A DNA stretch of 64,000 nucleotides, from NCBI GenBank assembly GCA_973895155.1, contig OZ316891.1, forward strand, positions 10,603,875 to 10,667,874, written 5' to 3'. Below are positions 23,442-37,453 of this stretch, piece by piece. The DNA comes from Marsupella aquatica. Taxonomy: Eukaryota > Plantae > Marchantiophyta. The translations under genes and the position numbers were made by a program. Position 1 is the stretch's first letter; the number at the start of each line of letters is the position of its first letter. The notes below the pieces were generated by a model, which was not told the DNA's origin, ran no database searches, and was given only the letters and a program-made list of their open reading frames with translations.

Positions 23442-26400
23442 GCGCCACTCTCTTGTAACCTCCTCTTGTCATTTTCTCTCTGTACCTCTATAGAAGGTTA
23501 TGAGGCACTATTCTGCAGGTGAGCCACATAACCCCTTTGCCAGGCCTGGATTCTCTGATTTGAATGAGAATACAGGTAAGGCGCAAGTGACAAACCATGG
23601 CAGGTGGCAATCTGTGGTGTGCAAAAGTGAGATAAATGTTTCAAAAATTGACTTGGGGCTTATACTTAGTAACTTATCCCTACTTGGGGATATAATGGGC
23701 TGTAACCCCCTTGGACTCACTGCCCTAAGTGATTACATCCCATTAACCCCTCTTGGAGATGCCCTACTCTAAAACCAGGTTTCAACTACCAAACATTCAA
23801 AAGATAAGAAAAGTATGATTGGGTGCCGGGGTGGGTGCCAAACACCCTAAAACCCTTTCAGGAGGACAATGTTTCAGAGAAAAAAAACTTGGGTAGACTT
23901 TATTAGGGGGTTTCAAAACTTCAAAATTACAAATGATGTCTTTAGGCCATAAAAGACTGGTCATAACTTTTCACAGGGTTATGTAAAAGGTCTATTTTTC
24001 ACTAGCCTCCACAATGACTAATGTTCATGGTATATGCCCAAAATTTATGAACTATGAATTTAGTTCATGGTATATGACAAAAAGTTATGACTATGAATTT
24101 GGTAGTTTGTAACTTGTAGTGTCTATAATACTTAAGTAAGAAATTAAGGTCCATCAAATTTTGACGTTGGAGATGTCCTAAAGACAAAGCCCAATTCAAG
24201 TGTTAGGGCCTTACAAATACAGGAAAGCTCGCAGAAAAGGTCAGGCTGAGTTTGCAACACGATTGTCAAATGGGCTGAGTGGGGTCATTATTTGACCTTC
24301 ATGAACCTTTCTTAGCAAATTATTTCTCTGAGCTGGAAAACTGATTGTACAAAACGACAAGTTACCATTCCTCGATTTCTGCGAAAGGAAACATACAGTA
24401 CTCCTGTCTAATCATGAAAGCAAAGCGTCTTTGATTCTTGCGTGACCGAGTGACCTCTATCAGCACTAGAGGTGACGCAGTCAGCAAGGAAAGAGCTGTC
24501 TTTCAATTCACTAGGGAGCACATAAATGTACAGCAGTCAGCAGGGAAATGTACAACAGTGATCAGCATTCAATCAGTGTATCACACACACATCTGATTTC
24601 TAAGCGCCATTGATGAAACGAACCACAATCTCATTCAAGCGTACCGAATTGAAAGCAACGTGAAGTCTTCTATATGTCCAGATTGATTGATGACTGTGGG
24701 AAAATCAGACACTGGAAACATTCAGATCGTGTGAACAGTGAGCCCTACAGCCTGCAGGTCGGTCTGCATCAATTCGATCGGAAGTAGAAGTGATCGAGTC
24801 TGACGCTGAGCACTTGCAAGCGATTCATTTGATCGAATCGATCCCTGGATATATGCATGATCTCTACCGTAGCATGATCGCCATCGATCACAGTTATCCC
24901 GGGCTGCAGCACATGGATCGAGGTCACCGTTAATAAAATCCACTTATAGCTTGCCTCGATGTTCCAAACGGCTCAAACGTTTGGTGGGCTACCTGCTACG
25001 TTCGTTGGATCGATCACCTGAAAAGACTGTAGCACATAGAAATTGCGAGCTGAGAGAGCATGAGCATGAGCGTGCAACGTGCTTAATTGGAGTGGGGGCT
25101 ACATACACAGTGAGTCCCGGTTAGGTGAGCACTTCCCATGTAGCCACGAGCGGCAATTGTCACAGGTTTCTATGCGGAAATTGCTGCTGAAGATCTGTAT
25201 GATCCTTGCTGGGTGAGTCAGTTCCGAAGGCGGCTTTATTTCCACATGATCGACAAGCCTCTCAAAAATTTTCTGTTCATTAATTTGGATTATTGAACTA
25301 TGACCTGATCGCTTGGGGATGTGAGGATCATCGAAAACTTATCGACAATTTTGTTGCTCCTAAACCTCCGACAATATCGCTGTTCATCATGAACGTGGTT
25401 TTGAACTGGTCGACCTCGCCCTTGAGACTGGAACGATCCAGAAATTGCGGACCTTAATTAGTTCAATGCTCGGCTCGGCCGGGTATTAGTTAGAGATGGG
25501 TCAGCAACGGCAGCTCGCCACACCGCCTCACGAAGTAAATTCTATTCGTGAATCAATTCATGATTCGTGACATTAGAAACAATCTGGCGTAGCTCGGAGA
25601 ATGATGTCAAATCTGATGTCAGATCCGAAATCATGTCATCAAAAGCTGATAAACCTCAGTCAGCAACTCGATTCAGGCCTCTAAGTTCTTTTTTGAATTC
25701 CGAACTCAATAATACAGATTGCAATCTCGGACATCGGGTTTTCAATCATTTAGGATACACTGTAGCTCCGATCATTTGTTTCCGCATGATATCTGTGCCA
25801 GAAGGTTTCCTCGGGGTGTCGATCGGTTCGTCGATCAAGATTTGAACAAGGATTAAAAACAATAGGTCACGGTCGGTCCCCACAGTTCAATGTTCGAGCC
25901 CCGGCTTCGCAATTAGTACAGATCGATCACCCATCCACCTGCCGATTGCTCAGGTAATGATGTGTATGGCTGACGTCGTGGATCAATTGACTTTGGGCCC
26001 GGGGTTGCAGTACGCTCGGGTTCCTATACAGGAGTGAGTGAGGTAGTAGCTAGGACGCCGTCAGTCTGTGAAAAAGTAACATGTGCTTGAACAGTGTTCA
26101 ATTCGGCAATCGAGTACTAGTAACGTGGACGTTTGGAAAAGCGAGGAGCAATGGAAAAATACTTTACTCGAAGCAGTCGTAGTATATCTCCAAACAAGCA
26201 GAGAGGGAACGACAGCGGTATTGATTACCGTCCGCATTTACGCGCGATTGCACTCCCCTGTGAACCATCAGCAAAAGCACTCACGCTGCTCACGAATCGA
26301 CAGGATTCTCCTCACATTCTGTGAAAACCGGCTATGAGTAAATCGACACTGTTAATCAAAACCATTTACAGCTTTAAGACCGCATGTCATCAAGTTTTGA

Positions 26401-27665
26401 CTGATTCATCAAAAGTTAATCAATCGAAACCAATAAGGAGACTCAATATTGATGTCTATCTATTGAACCTTTCGTCTGAAGGACGCTAACTACTTTGAAG
26501 TTAATCACTATGCACAATTCATTTCCATGATACTCAGAATCTCAAGTGATCTGTAATGGGATCAATTTCGATCGGAATTATCAGCTGGTAGACCAAGAAA
26601 CCATTCGAAGTCGCAATTAACTGAATCCCAAATTATGAACTCCAGTATTAAATGCATCAACCTCCTAAGATCTTTCGCCTCGTTATTGATTGGAGTCGTG
26701 AATATTCTGATATAACGGATTTTTCTGGTTGTTTACAACTACATATACCATGTGTGTGATTGAGCAGAGCAGCAACCTGTCTCTGTGACAATAGTACCTT
26801 AATTACAGAGACAACTCATGTACCAGTCCATCAGCCTGCGACAGCTCGCTCTGCATGAAAAATCGACAGTGAAGTCGAATTCTTTAATTGTCATATCAGC
26901 CATTTTTCACATGCAAGGTCGGCCTCGATCCAGGCGCCCTAAATGCGCGGACTCCATCGGTCATGTCGTGAGAAATGGCTACCCTCTTCGTTCAAGGCTG
27001 GAACTGTTCGGACAAAACTTGGCAATTAATAGCTTCCTCAATGCCGTCTAGGTGCTGATAATTGTAACCCTCCACATGCAGGGGATCTTGAGCGGTGTTC
27101 CCGGTGCGTTAATCAAGAAGGAAAATGCTTCGGTCCAAATCCTATCGTCGAAAGAGCAGAACAAAAAAGCTCATCAAATTATGGGACTCGATGTCCATGA
27201 AGGTTCGGACCCGTGAAGAATCCCAAAGCACGCTACAATTTTACAGTGCACGCGCTTTAATCCTGTCAACGAGCTAGGGTTCATATTAGGTGGTACGTTC
27301 TCGCAAGTAAACTATCGTTAGAGCAAGCTTCAAACGTGTCTCTGTAGTCGTGTGTTTTGAATTCGTGGGTTCCAAGATTCGATAAATTTGCCCACTGCTT
27401 ATAATGAATTGTGTCAAATTCTCACAGGGCCAAGAGCTCTCCCGACCTCTTGGATTGAAGGGAACAACTCAGAATATATGATTTTCATTCGAGCACAGAG
27501 CTTCAAATCGTCGTGGGTAGTCTGCAATCTGACCTCAGTTCAGCTCCCTTCAGACAGGCTGCTAACAAATGAAGTTCAGTCGGTTGGCGAAATTACCAAT
27601 TGAAGGAACCTGTCGTTCAGACCGAGCAGTATCTGAGTGTGATTGCCGAGAGTCCATCAAGCAAG

Positions 27666-29303
27666 CTAGCGAGCACAGCTGGGAACACTCTCGAACCCGA
27701 TTCTAGAATTCTCCAGATCGTACTCAATTAGTAGATTTTGCTGCTGAATGTTGCCGATGACATTGATGCCAAGGTCGGTCAGAGTGCTGGCAAACGCCAA
27801 ACAATAGAGCCCCTTGTCGAACGGGAAGAGCACACTGTCTTGGGGGAGTACGATCTCCATGCGCCCCACAAAGTGCAGTGTAATGTATGGAACAGCCGAA
27901 CTCTCAGGCCCCCGTCCTTTCGAGCTCGAATTCGAAGTCTTGTTGAGACCATCATCATCAAAGTGGTAGCAAGTGTCGATCGAATGGCCTGTACTGTTGA
28001 ATCCCTCGGTGGAAACCTCAGGCAGCTTCCCTCGTGCTACTCCAGCGGATCTGAAAGCGTCTCGGAGAACCCCGAAGGCCTGCGGATTGAGCAGCGTTAG
28101 AGTCGTCCCCGAGTCTATGACCGTTCCACCGTTGCCGTAGTGATCCAGCTCGAACACAGACGAGTTTATTGCCAGGAGGGCGCCATCCACACTGATGCCG
28201 TTCAGCCCCAGGTAGTAGAACTGTGTGGGAAACGGCGTGGCTGCAAACGGAGCATACACCATCTTTCGTTGAGTACGTTCGTGACTATTTAGACTGTCGT
28301 TCTGAGGATGACCTGAAGAAAAATTGGAAGAATTCCCGAAAGAGATGAAGCCTGTGGCGCTGAGGTTCTGGGCGAGGCCAGCGAAGCAAATTGTAAATTT
28401 CCGTCCGAGTGCTGGGCGCTGCCTTCCGAGCTGAGAAGGGAAGGAGATGTTGGAGCGAGAGAGGCCGAGCAGACCGGAGTTCCCCACGAAATCGCCCGCG
28501 CTGAACAGTCCACACCCAAATAAGAAGCCTGGGATCATCAGCGAGCGATTTTGCATCTGCAGCGTGTCTGTGGAGGCGACGCCAGTGGTGAAGGTGGACT
28601 GCCCATACTGGACACCATACTCACAGGTGTTGTTGATGGTGTTGCACTGGAACTGGGAAGAAGAATTGAGGCAATAAGGGGATTGGCAGGAGAGACTGCT
28701 GTACGAGGAGGAGGTGGAAGGGTCAAATAGAGGCTCCTCTTGGTGAGAACACTGCAAACACTGCTTGGATTGGATCCATGTGAGGCCGCTGCCGGTGTCA
28801 AGGACGAGAAGCACGGGCTGTGGTGGCGTTCCAATCTGCAATTGCACCATGTACTCACCGCCTGCTGCTACCACTGTCTCTTCCGCCATTAATTTGCGCT
28901 GATTTGAACTCTCAGCAGAAGTAATTATCCTCCTCCAGTACTGAATGCGCTCCTCCCTGATTGCTCGGTTCAAGCTCTCCTCTCGTAGCAGCCCTCTCTT
29001 AAGACTGGCCTGGATGGGAGCCTCGGTAGGAGTGTCCCCATTGACATTCTGAGAAGATTGTCTGTGAACAATATTTAGGTGAGTATGTAGATGGACGACA
29101 TCAAACACCACCTCTCGTCCTCCATCTCCTCCTGATGGAAGGGATGATGTAATTGGGATCCGATGGAAGTCATCAAACCTTGCATGATCGTCGCATGTTA
29201 CCAACACAGTTACGGAATGTTGCACGACGACGATAGACAGTACTAGGCTCAAAAGTGGAATAGTACTCAAGGCCGGGATCATCATAGTTGCTGCGCATGC
29301 CAT
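27666..29303 (-). CDS. Secreted A1-family (nepenthesin-like) aspartic protease, intronless
   Basis: GEYMVQLQIGTPPQ...LDTGSGLTW and VIDSGTT catalytic motifs, Cys-rich NAP insert, C-terminal VIGNIQQQNLLIEYDLENSRIGF and a hydrophobic signal peptide. Start is ATG 29303 or a nearby downstream Met. Confidence 0.95.
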   Translation of the reverse strand: MACAATMMIPALSTIPLLSLVLSIVVVQHSVTVLVTCDDHARFDDFHRIPITSSLPSGGDGGREVVFDVVHLHTHLNIVHRQSSQNVNGDTPTEAPIQASLKRGLLREESLNRAIREERIQYWRRIITSAESSNQRKLMAEETVVAAGGEYMVQLQIGTPPQPVLLVLDTGSGLTWIQSKQCLQCSHQEEPLFDPSTSSSYSSLSCQSPYCLNSSSQFQCNTINNTCEYGVQYGQSTFTTGVASTDTLQMQNRSLMIPGFLFGCGLFSAGDFVGNSGLLGLSRSNISFPSQLGRQRPALGRKFTICFAGLAQNLSATGFISFGNSSNFSSGHPQNDSLNSHERTQRKMVYAPFAATPFPTQFYYLGLNGISVDGALLAINSSVFELDHYGNGGTVIDSGTTLTLLNPQAFGVLRDAFRSAGVARGKLPEVSTEGFNSTGHSIDTCYHFDDDGLNKTSNSSSKGRGPESSAVPYITLHFVGRMEIVLPQDSVLFPFDKGLYCLAFASTLTDLGINVIGNIQQQNLLIEYDLENSRIGFESVPSCAR

Positions 29304-31387
29304 GTGAAGATATATTGGGAGGTGGCTCCCAATGCAGATCACATGGTCGATTCTGATCCGCACCTAGAATTCTCCTAGAGTATCTGCTTCCAACAATGAT
29401 ATCTGGTTGATAAAACGAACAATTTTATTGTACACAGCTTAAGCTAGATAAGATATGATCTACATGTACATACTAAACTTGATTCCATATTTGCTGCTCG
29501 AAAATTGGACTTGAACGATCAAAGCAAACCTTCAGTCAAAACCTGGAGCCACTAAGCTAAGACCGTATCGTAACCCTTCAGTCTAACTTCACTTCTACTC
29601 TTACGCTTGACGTATATTCATCAAACAAGTGACATAGCACTGAAAGGGAGTGTGTATACTGTATGTCGATGCCTCCTGAACCCCGTCGATCATGAACCAG
29701 CTGGTTTGAGAATTAATTCAAGAACATTGCAAAACGACTCAAACAAGGATGTATTGTTCATCATTCCAAAACCAGCGGCCAAACTTTTACATATCCGATT
29801 GAAACAAAGTGGAGCTCGCGCTAGAGAATTGAGTTTCGTCAGATCGATCTGTTGGTCAATATATATACTGTGAGCCACATGGATTGTAAATGGCTGTTCA
29901 TTTCGTTCATTATGAAACTGCGGACCGTAGTTGGCAATTTACCTGCCATCAATAGAGCTCTGGCTTTCCAGCACTTGAAGGAACGTGTGACAGATTGAGT
30001 ACGTATGTATAATTCATGACCTCGACAGCCTCAGATACTAAGAAAAGCCCCGGATCCATGACAACGAGACTGTACTGGACCTTTGAGCTCGAGTTTGGAC
30101 CACGAGATGCGCCCGTTTCAGCCACTCAGATCTATCCTCGGTGCTTCCAAGCCAACCTGTCGAACGACTTTCTCACCAGATCGCGGTAATGCGGTCATTG
30201 TCGGATTGAATTGCCACTTTTTTGGAGCAGATCATATATATAAATCTTGCCGGATGTCTCGGCACTTAATGCAAAGCCCACTGTGGAGACGTCTGAGACA
30301 AGGTCAGTGTCACACAAGCTTCTTTTCGTGTCGAAGAAATATTTCCCAGTAAAAGAATGCTCTGGATGGACGATCAGTATCGCCCCACGGCAGAAGAGTG
30401 CGGCCGCGTCACCGTGGATCTTGACCCCTTGAGCAAAAAATGTTCTTTTAGGAACGAATTGCGGCGATCGAGTACTGTGGTATTATCATCTGCCTCGCTT
30501 GCGAGGTGGAGGCTGTCACGGCCTTCAATGATGATGACTTCCTACAGTAGACATAAGTGCATTCGTGATGCAGACTATCGTCACTGTTCAAAAGGTCGGT
30601 ACTGTGCATCACTGCTTCCAGACTGAATGATCGAATCAAAATCATCGACATCAATTAAATCAACGTACTGCTCAAGAATCTAGCAGCTGCCTAGTCAGTC
30701 AACTATAGCTGATTAATGTTGAACTTAGCCATGAACCTACGGTAGCTTCAGTTTAATTCGACTTTCTGTAGAGAAGAAGTGGCTCCAGTGCATGACTGCT
30801 TCCGGTTTGACTTCAGCAGTCTAGCCTAGGTACTCTACCAAGCCCGAGCTCCTGAATCTATCTACTGTATCGCCTGTGCACAGTGGTCAGTAGAGTTTTG
30901 CTGTAATCAAAGCAACACAAGCAAATAAACTAACGGACTGATGAGTTTTTGGGAACATCAATTCTGCCAACTGAAGGCCCACATCTCCATTTTCTGCAGG
31001 CAGGGAGTTCTTGCATTTAAAAAAGTAGGCCTTTAGAGTACATGTATGTGCATGAGGGCTCGTTGTGATGAAAATATATATACTCTTTTCTCTTTCTCTT
31101 TTCTTAACTCGAAAAGGTGCTAAAGTTGCCTGATGGAGACATGAATCAAAGAGCCAACCGATCTAGCCTACATGGCCGAAATCATGGTGATGTCATTAAG
31201 AAAAAGGTTGGCCACCCGAAGTACACACGGCCCGAACAGTAACGAAACAACTTGACGACTATTTAATTTTGACTTATCTGGATGTCCTAAATTCGTGAAG
31301 GAACAGTAGTAGTTTTGAAATCTTCTGGCGTGCTCCACATGCTGAATTCTTGGAGGACGACAATTGTCTGTTTGGTGTCCCGGGTTT

Positions 31388-31659
31388 GTTTGGGTCCACA
31401 AGCATATGCTCCTGGACTGTACGTTACCTCTCTTATTACATATTTTTTGGGTCCACAAGCATATGTTCCTGATCTGTACTTTACCTCTCTTACTACATAG
31501 TTTAGAGCTTATGCAACCGCCCAATATCAGCTAAAACACAATGATGAAAGCACAGAAGTCGATAGCTGCTGAAAAAGCCAAGTTTAAGCCTATGTTGGGT
31601 GGTTGTATAGGCTCTAAACTATGTAATAAGAGAGGTAAAGTACAGACCAGGAGCTTATG
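31388..31659. repeat. Long inverted repeat (arms ~31461-31537 and ~31582-31659) with a 57-bp tandem duplication of the left end; MITE or hairpin RNA
   Basis: ctgtactttacctctcttactacatagtttagagcttatgcaaccgcccaa is inverted relative to ttgggtggttgtataggctctaaactatgtaataagagaggtaaagtacag. Confidence 0.85.
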
Positions 31660-32870
31660 GGCACAATCCAGAAAGCAATGTAATTTGGTTTTGACATAAA
31701 GTTTCCCAAAGTCAGACAACAAACCCGAATAAGAGAGATTATTTATAAGATTTGTAGTTCTAGAAACTCATTGTTTGAATGCCTCTACCACCTGACAATC
31801 GACCTGAGAGTAACAGAGGGATTTTCCGTAACCTGGCCCCATTCCAGTATGGTAAATTTGGGCAGCCATTTTATACGTTGGAAGGTTCGCTTGCAATCTG
31901 TTGTATAGTAGTGTCAGTATTCAAACAACAAATACCGCAGGAGAAGTGGCAATTTTTTAAATCTCATATTGCATCTTGTCTTTGCATGTCAGGGTCTTTT
32001 CTTTCCCGGTTCAGTAGAAACCCTCATTTGACAACGCATAGAATTCCCCTACACATTTTGTACCTAAACAACAAAACAAAAGGTTGTTAAGAGTTTTGTC
32101 CCGGTTTTTTTCGAGATTGCATGCTTTGATTGAACAAAACTCAACGCTTAGAAGTTTAGAGTCGCAACAAGGCAAGGTGGTAGTTGGTCTAAATACAGTT
32201 GACGCTATCTGCAACTTATCTGTGAAGTGCAACTTCACAAAAGTAAACCGATACTTTTAAATAAAAGACGAATCCCAGCGACGCGATACATCCCCAAAGC
32301 CAACTTTATGGGATGTTCCAAACGAAAAGAAAGACGCATTTGGCATCACCATTTATTTTTCCCATGTCAAAAGTGCAAAAACCCCAGAACCAGAAGAAAG
32401 ACTTCATCAAGAAGCTGTGAGAGGTCAAGAAGAAGATAGAGCAAAACATAAACCATATGCTGCAACAATGTGCCATGGAGGAGAGCACAGGTGAGAAAAA
32501 GAGTAATTAATGAGCCCATGGCTGGTAAAGATGTCACTGATCAAGGCATTAAATGGTGTAAGCGAAGGTGGACAAGGATCGATAAAATAATTCTTTGAAT
32601 GACAATGAAATTGACGGCAACTGCCTTCCAGCGCTCTCGCGTCTTGCGAAAAAATGTTCTTCCCTGCAAAAATTTCTCCTCTTGTATGAGCAAAAATTGA
32701 AACCCAAATTTTCTCCCTTGGTCAGAATTTATGTCAATGGCAGCGCTGTTCACAACTGTGAATTCTAGCCAAGTTGTCTATGTGAGAAATCATCCCGCTG
32801 CTAGCTAACACTCTTGTTAGTGGACCTTACCTCTACGCAAATCTCCAGGTCTGGTAGAGTCCCTGGAAAC

Positions 32871-35746
32871 CTATGCTCTACTTACGTAGGATCCATCTTT
32901 AGTCTGGATAACTATAACGTCATCTTGGTTAACGAACAGAGGAACAGACACTTGTGCCCCTGTCTCCACAGTCACGAGCTTTGACCCTCCTGCTCAAAGA
33001 AACCAATTCAATTTCGTCACACAATGAACGTATATCAGAGATGATGAGCTCTGAATGGGTTGGCAATAAGTTCTAAAGCGTCTATAAAAGGAGTGAGTGA
33101 GCCTCAGACATATTGCAATCCTAAGAGAAAACTTATTTTATACTTTCCTCTGACTCAAAAAGCATCACTGACAGCATCACTATGCAGCAATGTGGAATGT
33201 CAACAGCAACAGTCTTTCTAAGTCTGTAATTTTAGCGTGGAGCCATGGGCTAAGGGTTTAAGGTTTAGGGTTTGCGCAAATGGATTCTACGATTCTATAA
33301 CCAGGATGTTATACCTTGAGCTGTATCACCCTTTAAACCAGGATCAGCTTGTGTTACTTTCAACTTGACTGTCACCGGAAGATCCATATCGATCACCTAG
33401 GCGCATCAACCACATTCCATGACAACAGTTTAACAATATGCCAGACAAGTTCTTGTTGACTAAGATGCCGCAATTTATCCGTCATTATTATGCTGCAAAG
33501 ACGAGACAACTACAGACCACATCAAGTATAGCATTTTCCCAAAACATATCTGCACAGAAAACTCAGAATACATGAGCCAGTAGAGCCATCGACTGGGACT
33601 TACATATGCCCGATCCGTAGCAGGTAGTACAATATCTCAGAGATGCACGTGTGGAGAATATGGACGGTACCTTGTCATTCCAAGAAAGAACACTGCATTC
33701 CATGCCTTCTGACAGAAATTTTATTCTGTCCCCAACTTCGGTTTTACTCAATCGCACCTCGTCATATGTTTCCTGCATGTATTGCCCTCCTATCAGTCAG
33801 AAAGTCGCTACTTTTCTCCAAGCGCTGCTACAATACTTTAGGTTGTAAATGCGGTCATCCATGCATTGTAGCTCGTCCCTTTCGGATTACTGTTCACATT
33901 GGCTGGAGCCAGTTCTCTCCAGCGCACCCTTATGGTTAGAAGGCCTTATGTCTAGGATAGAACCACGATTTGGGCCCCATTTCTAGGAAAGGAAGCCTAT
34001 ACCTTACATGCACTGAGATTGCATTCCAGCACAAACCCAAAAATACACCCACACAAGTGGAATTCATAAGCAATTCAAAAGAGAATGCTTCTCCAAAGAC
34101 AGCATCCACAAACAGCATTCCAAAAACCACACCATAGAGGAGCCACAGCATGAGAACAGCAACAACATCCACACACTCAGAAAAAGGTAGAGAAAAATGC
34201 GGCTCTGATCATTCAGGAACATCACTGTTACAAACAAGCTGAATGCAGTCAATCATCAGAAGTGAGATAAATCTAGATCACGGTCGGAGTCTCAATTCAT
34301 TGTACTTTTATGGAATCATTTACAGAGATGGAAGGACAGGCAATAAACGTGAGCATCACCTACAAGGACAGAAAACTACCATATCCATGAAAACAAACTG
34401 TTCACCATCCATGTAGGAGAACTGCTTCACGTCCTTTTGAACTTCCGCCAAAGGAATCTACAAGAAACAATTGAGACTTCCATCAGCACTGAAGGAACCT
34501 AGGATTTGCACACTTTAAGCTATAAGGTTATCTTGATAAGTAAGTGATGTAGAAAATTGAAGAAATGATCGTCAGGTTTTTCAAAGATCAAATTTCCATG
34601 TTCCACCAGCAAGCAAGTCTACTTACCTTTGTTGCGCTTAAATAGCTAAGAAGTCTCAGTACCTAAAACAACAAGCTCTCACCTGCTCACCAGCTCGGAA
34701 AGTTTTATCCACTGTATTGCCAGTCACGTAGTTTTTCAATTTCGTTCTCACGAATGCAGCTCCTTTCCCTGGTTTCACGTGCAAAAACTCTGCCACACAG
34801 AAATTGCCGAGTTAGTAATAGTGGAAGGATCCGTGTCGAACATAAACTTGATAAGTGAACTTTAAATGGAATCTAAAATTTCTCCGCATTTGAACTCTCT
34901 TCGACTTCATATCCTGCGCAGGGACCAAGGAAGGTAGTCCAGAACCAACCTAGAACCTTCCAGGGGGCCCCATCCAGCTCGATATTTGTGCCAGTCTTGA
35001 ATTCATTGGTGGAGATCGCCCTCACTCCTGCAGACCAGACAATTAGTGGGTTCAGACGGGAATGTGCTTCCAGCATTGCAATTTTTCATGAATTCAATAC
35101 AATTCTGATTCCTCCGTCCGGACATCAACCTTAAAGCTCCCTCTAGTACATCACAGCCGTGCATCTCCAATATTTCGTGTCGCCCACACTGGCATTGAGC
35201 TCAAATTTCTCTGTGGCACAAAATTTTGCATCTACCCCTAAGAAAATCAGTATTTTTTGAAACAACAGACAGCTGAAACAATTCTGCACTCCCAGCTCAT
35301 ACTCATGCATAAAAAGTGAAAACAAATTACTCTCCACCACTTACGTTCTCTACCTCACAGTTTTGAGTCTAGACAAAACACATGAATCACTATTATCCCA
35401 CACTGTGACTTGTAGCTCAGGAAATCCTTCAACCCAAGCTAATGCATTGAATACAAATTAAAATTTCAGCAAGAACTTTCAAGTGCGCCCCCGGATCACA
35501 CGTTCTATAGCTCGCCAACGTACCCAAGGTGAATGTCTTTCGGACGGTGGTTTCCCGGCGATGAAGAAGAAAATTCGGGGGAGAGCAGCGGAGGCCGGAG
35601 CTCTGCAACACTGGGCCATGAGCTGCATTCGCCCTGGACGCACACAGCACTCCAGCTCTGTGGCAATTCCCGTTGCTCGGCGCAGCAGCAGCTGCAATTG
35701 TTGAGCTGATGGCGCACGTCCCAAACGTTGCCGATGACGCCATCAT
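32871..35746 (-). CDS. efp: Plastid-targeted translation elongation factor P, 7 exons
   Basis: Exons read [21 protein letters not shown] / [20 protein letters not shown] / ...MDMVVF.. / ETYDEVRL / [10 protein letters not shown] / [36 protein letters not shown]. The first exon is an Ala/Ser-rich transit peptide. Confidence 0.93.
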
Positions 35747-36057
35747 CCTAGATGATGGCAAAAGTGTCTCGATCGTGTCTCCTTACAGGGATCCTTCAAC
35801 TCTCTGTTGATGTGGTTCTCGAAATCTCTAGATTCTATCTCATTCCTATGAAGCAACGAATGTGTGTCAACAATTGAGGGCTGCTAATTGCCCTGCACTG
35901 TCCCGGCTCGAGCTCTCACTAGGAAGAACTCAGTTTAGTGAATCGCACCCAGACAATTGAAGTGAGGCAGAGACCGAGCTGCCATAGCCCAACGATCTGT
36001 GAGAGCTGTTTTCGAAAAAAGGATATGATTGTGTTGCAGGAGGCTCTGGAAAGGATC

Positions 36058-36757
36058 TGGGTGAGTTGTGGGATCACGACCAGGTCTCAATCATACCCCT
36101 CGCCTTTGGTCCTTAAACCCCCTCGAGGGACCCCTTAACCCCTTATCGCTCTAAAGTACTGGAGCAATATTTATGCACTTTTTATTAAACCTCCACTAGC
36201 CATATAAAAGGGTGAAGTGTTCAAAAACTTCGCCCTTCACTAGCCATTTAAAAGGAGCAAGTGTTCAAGACTTAACCCTTTTTCAGTGTATTTATGCACT
36301 TTTTATTAAACCTCCACTAGCCATATAAAAGGGTGAAGTGTTCAAAAACTTCGCCCTTCACTAGCCATTTAAAAGGAGCAAGTGTTCAAGACTTAACCCT
36401 TTTTCAGTGCGTGGGTTGTGGGATCACAACCAGGTCTTAGTCATACCCCTTGAGGAACGCCTTAACCCCTTGATTGCTCTAAAGTACATGGAGCAATATT
36501 TATGCACTTTCTAGTAAACCTCCTCTAGCCATATGAAAGGGGGAAGTGTGGTCCAAGACTTCCCCCTTTTCAGTGGGTAGGTTGTGGGATCACGGCCGGT
36601 CTCAATCATAGCCCTTGCCTTAGGTCATCAAACCCCCTCAAGTGACCATTAACCCCTTGATTTCTCTAAAGTATATCGAGCATTATTTATGCACTTCTAA
36701 TTAAACCTCCACTAGTCATATAAAAGGGTGAGGTGAGTGCCCTTTTATATGACTAGT
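36058..36757. repeat. Complex tandem array (three ~170-180-bp units plus a near-exact 121-bp duplication) ending in a perfect 19-bp hairpin
   Basis: ttgtgggatcac...taacccctt...tatttatgcactt...taaacctccactagccatataaaaggg recurs at ~36066, ~36416 and ~36582; terminal cactagtcatataaaaggg-N11-cccttttatatgactagtg. Confidence 0.9.
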
Positions 36758-37232
36758 GCCTCATGCACTCATTCTTCTCCTCTCCAGTGCCATTTTGCAT
36801 CACAATTTGAGAAAAAGAGTACTGTTTATGGTGAGATCATTTGCTCCACAATTTGAAGAAAATAGTATTATTTCTGGTGGTGGGTCCAGGTTTGTCATGG
36901 CTAGTGGTGGTTTAAACCACAGTTGCCCCTTCAAGAGGTACCAGTTACCCAAAGGATCCAAATTTCACTATTAACAATAAAATTTTCCCATAATGTATTG
37001 TTGGGCAGATTGGCACCCTAGAGGCAAGAAGTGAGTGTAATGTGTAAAAGGAAGAAGTCTAGTACACTTCCCCGTAACATATATGGTTCACTGGCCATAT
37101 ATAAGGGGGAGTGTCCAAAACTTCCCCATTCTTCCCATTCCACTAAGTCCTTTCCTCTAGCATGCCAGCATGCTCCATGACTTCAGCAAAAGGTGAGCAT
37201 GACTTCACCAAAAGGCTACTATTAGGGGTGAA

Positions 37233-37453
37233 CAGATTTTAAGTACTTTGTCACTAAAGATGTTCTAATTGACAATAATGCCACTATTTTTTTGTATTTG
37301 TAAAATTGTCCCTGTTTATTATATGGATGACAAGTTTACCAAGGTAACCAAGGGAACTATATGTACGGAAACCGTGACATTTTTGTAAATACAAAATAAC
37401 AGTGGTAGTATTGTAAATTCAAACATCTTTAGTGGCAATGTACTTAAAAACTG
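37233..37453. mobile_element. Foldback MITE with ~80-bp imperfect TIRs and CAG...CTG ends
   Basis: cagattttaagtactttgtcactaaagatgtt...gacaataatgccactatttt is inverted relative to aaataacagtggtagtattgtaaattcaaacatctttagtggcaatgtacttaaaaactg. TA on the right flank, AA on the left. Confidence 0.8.
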
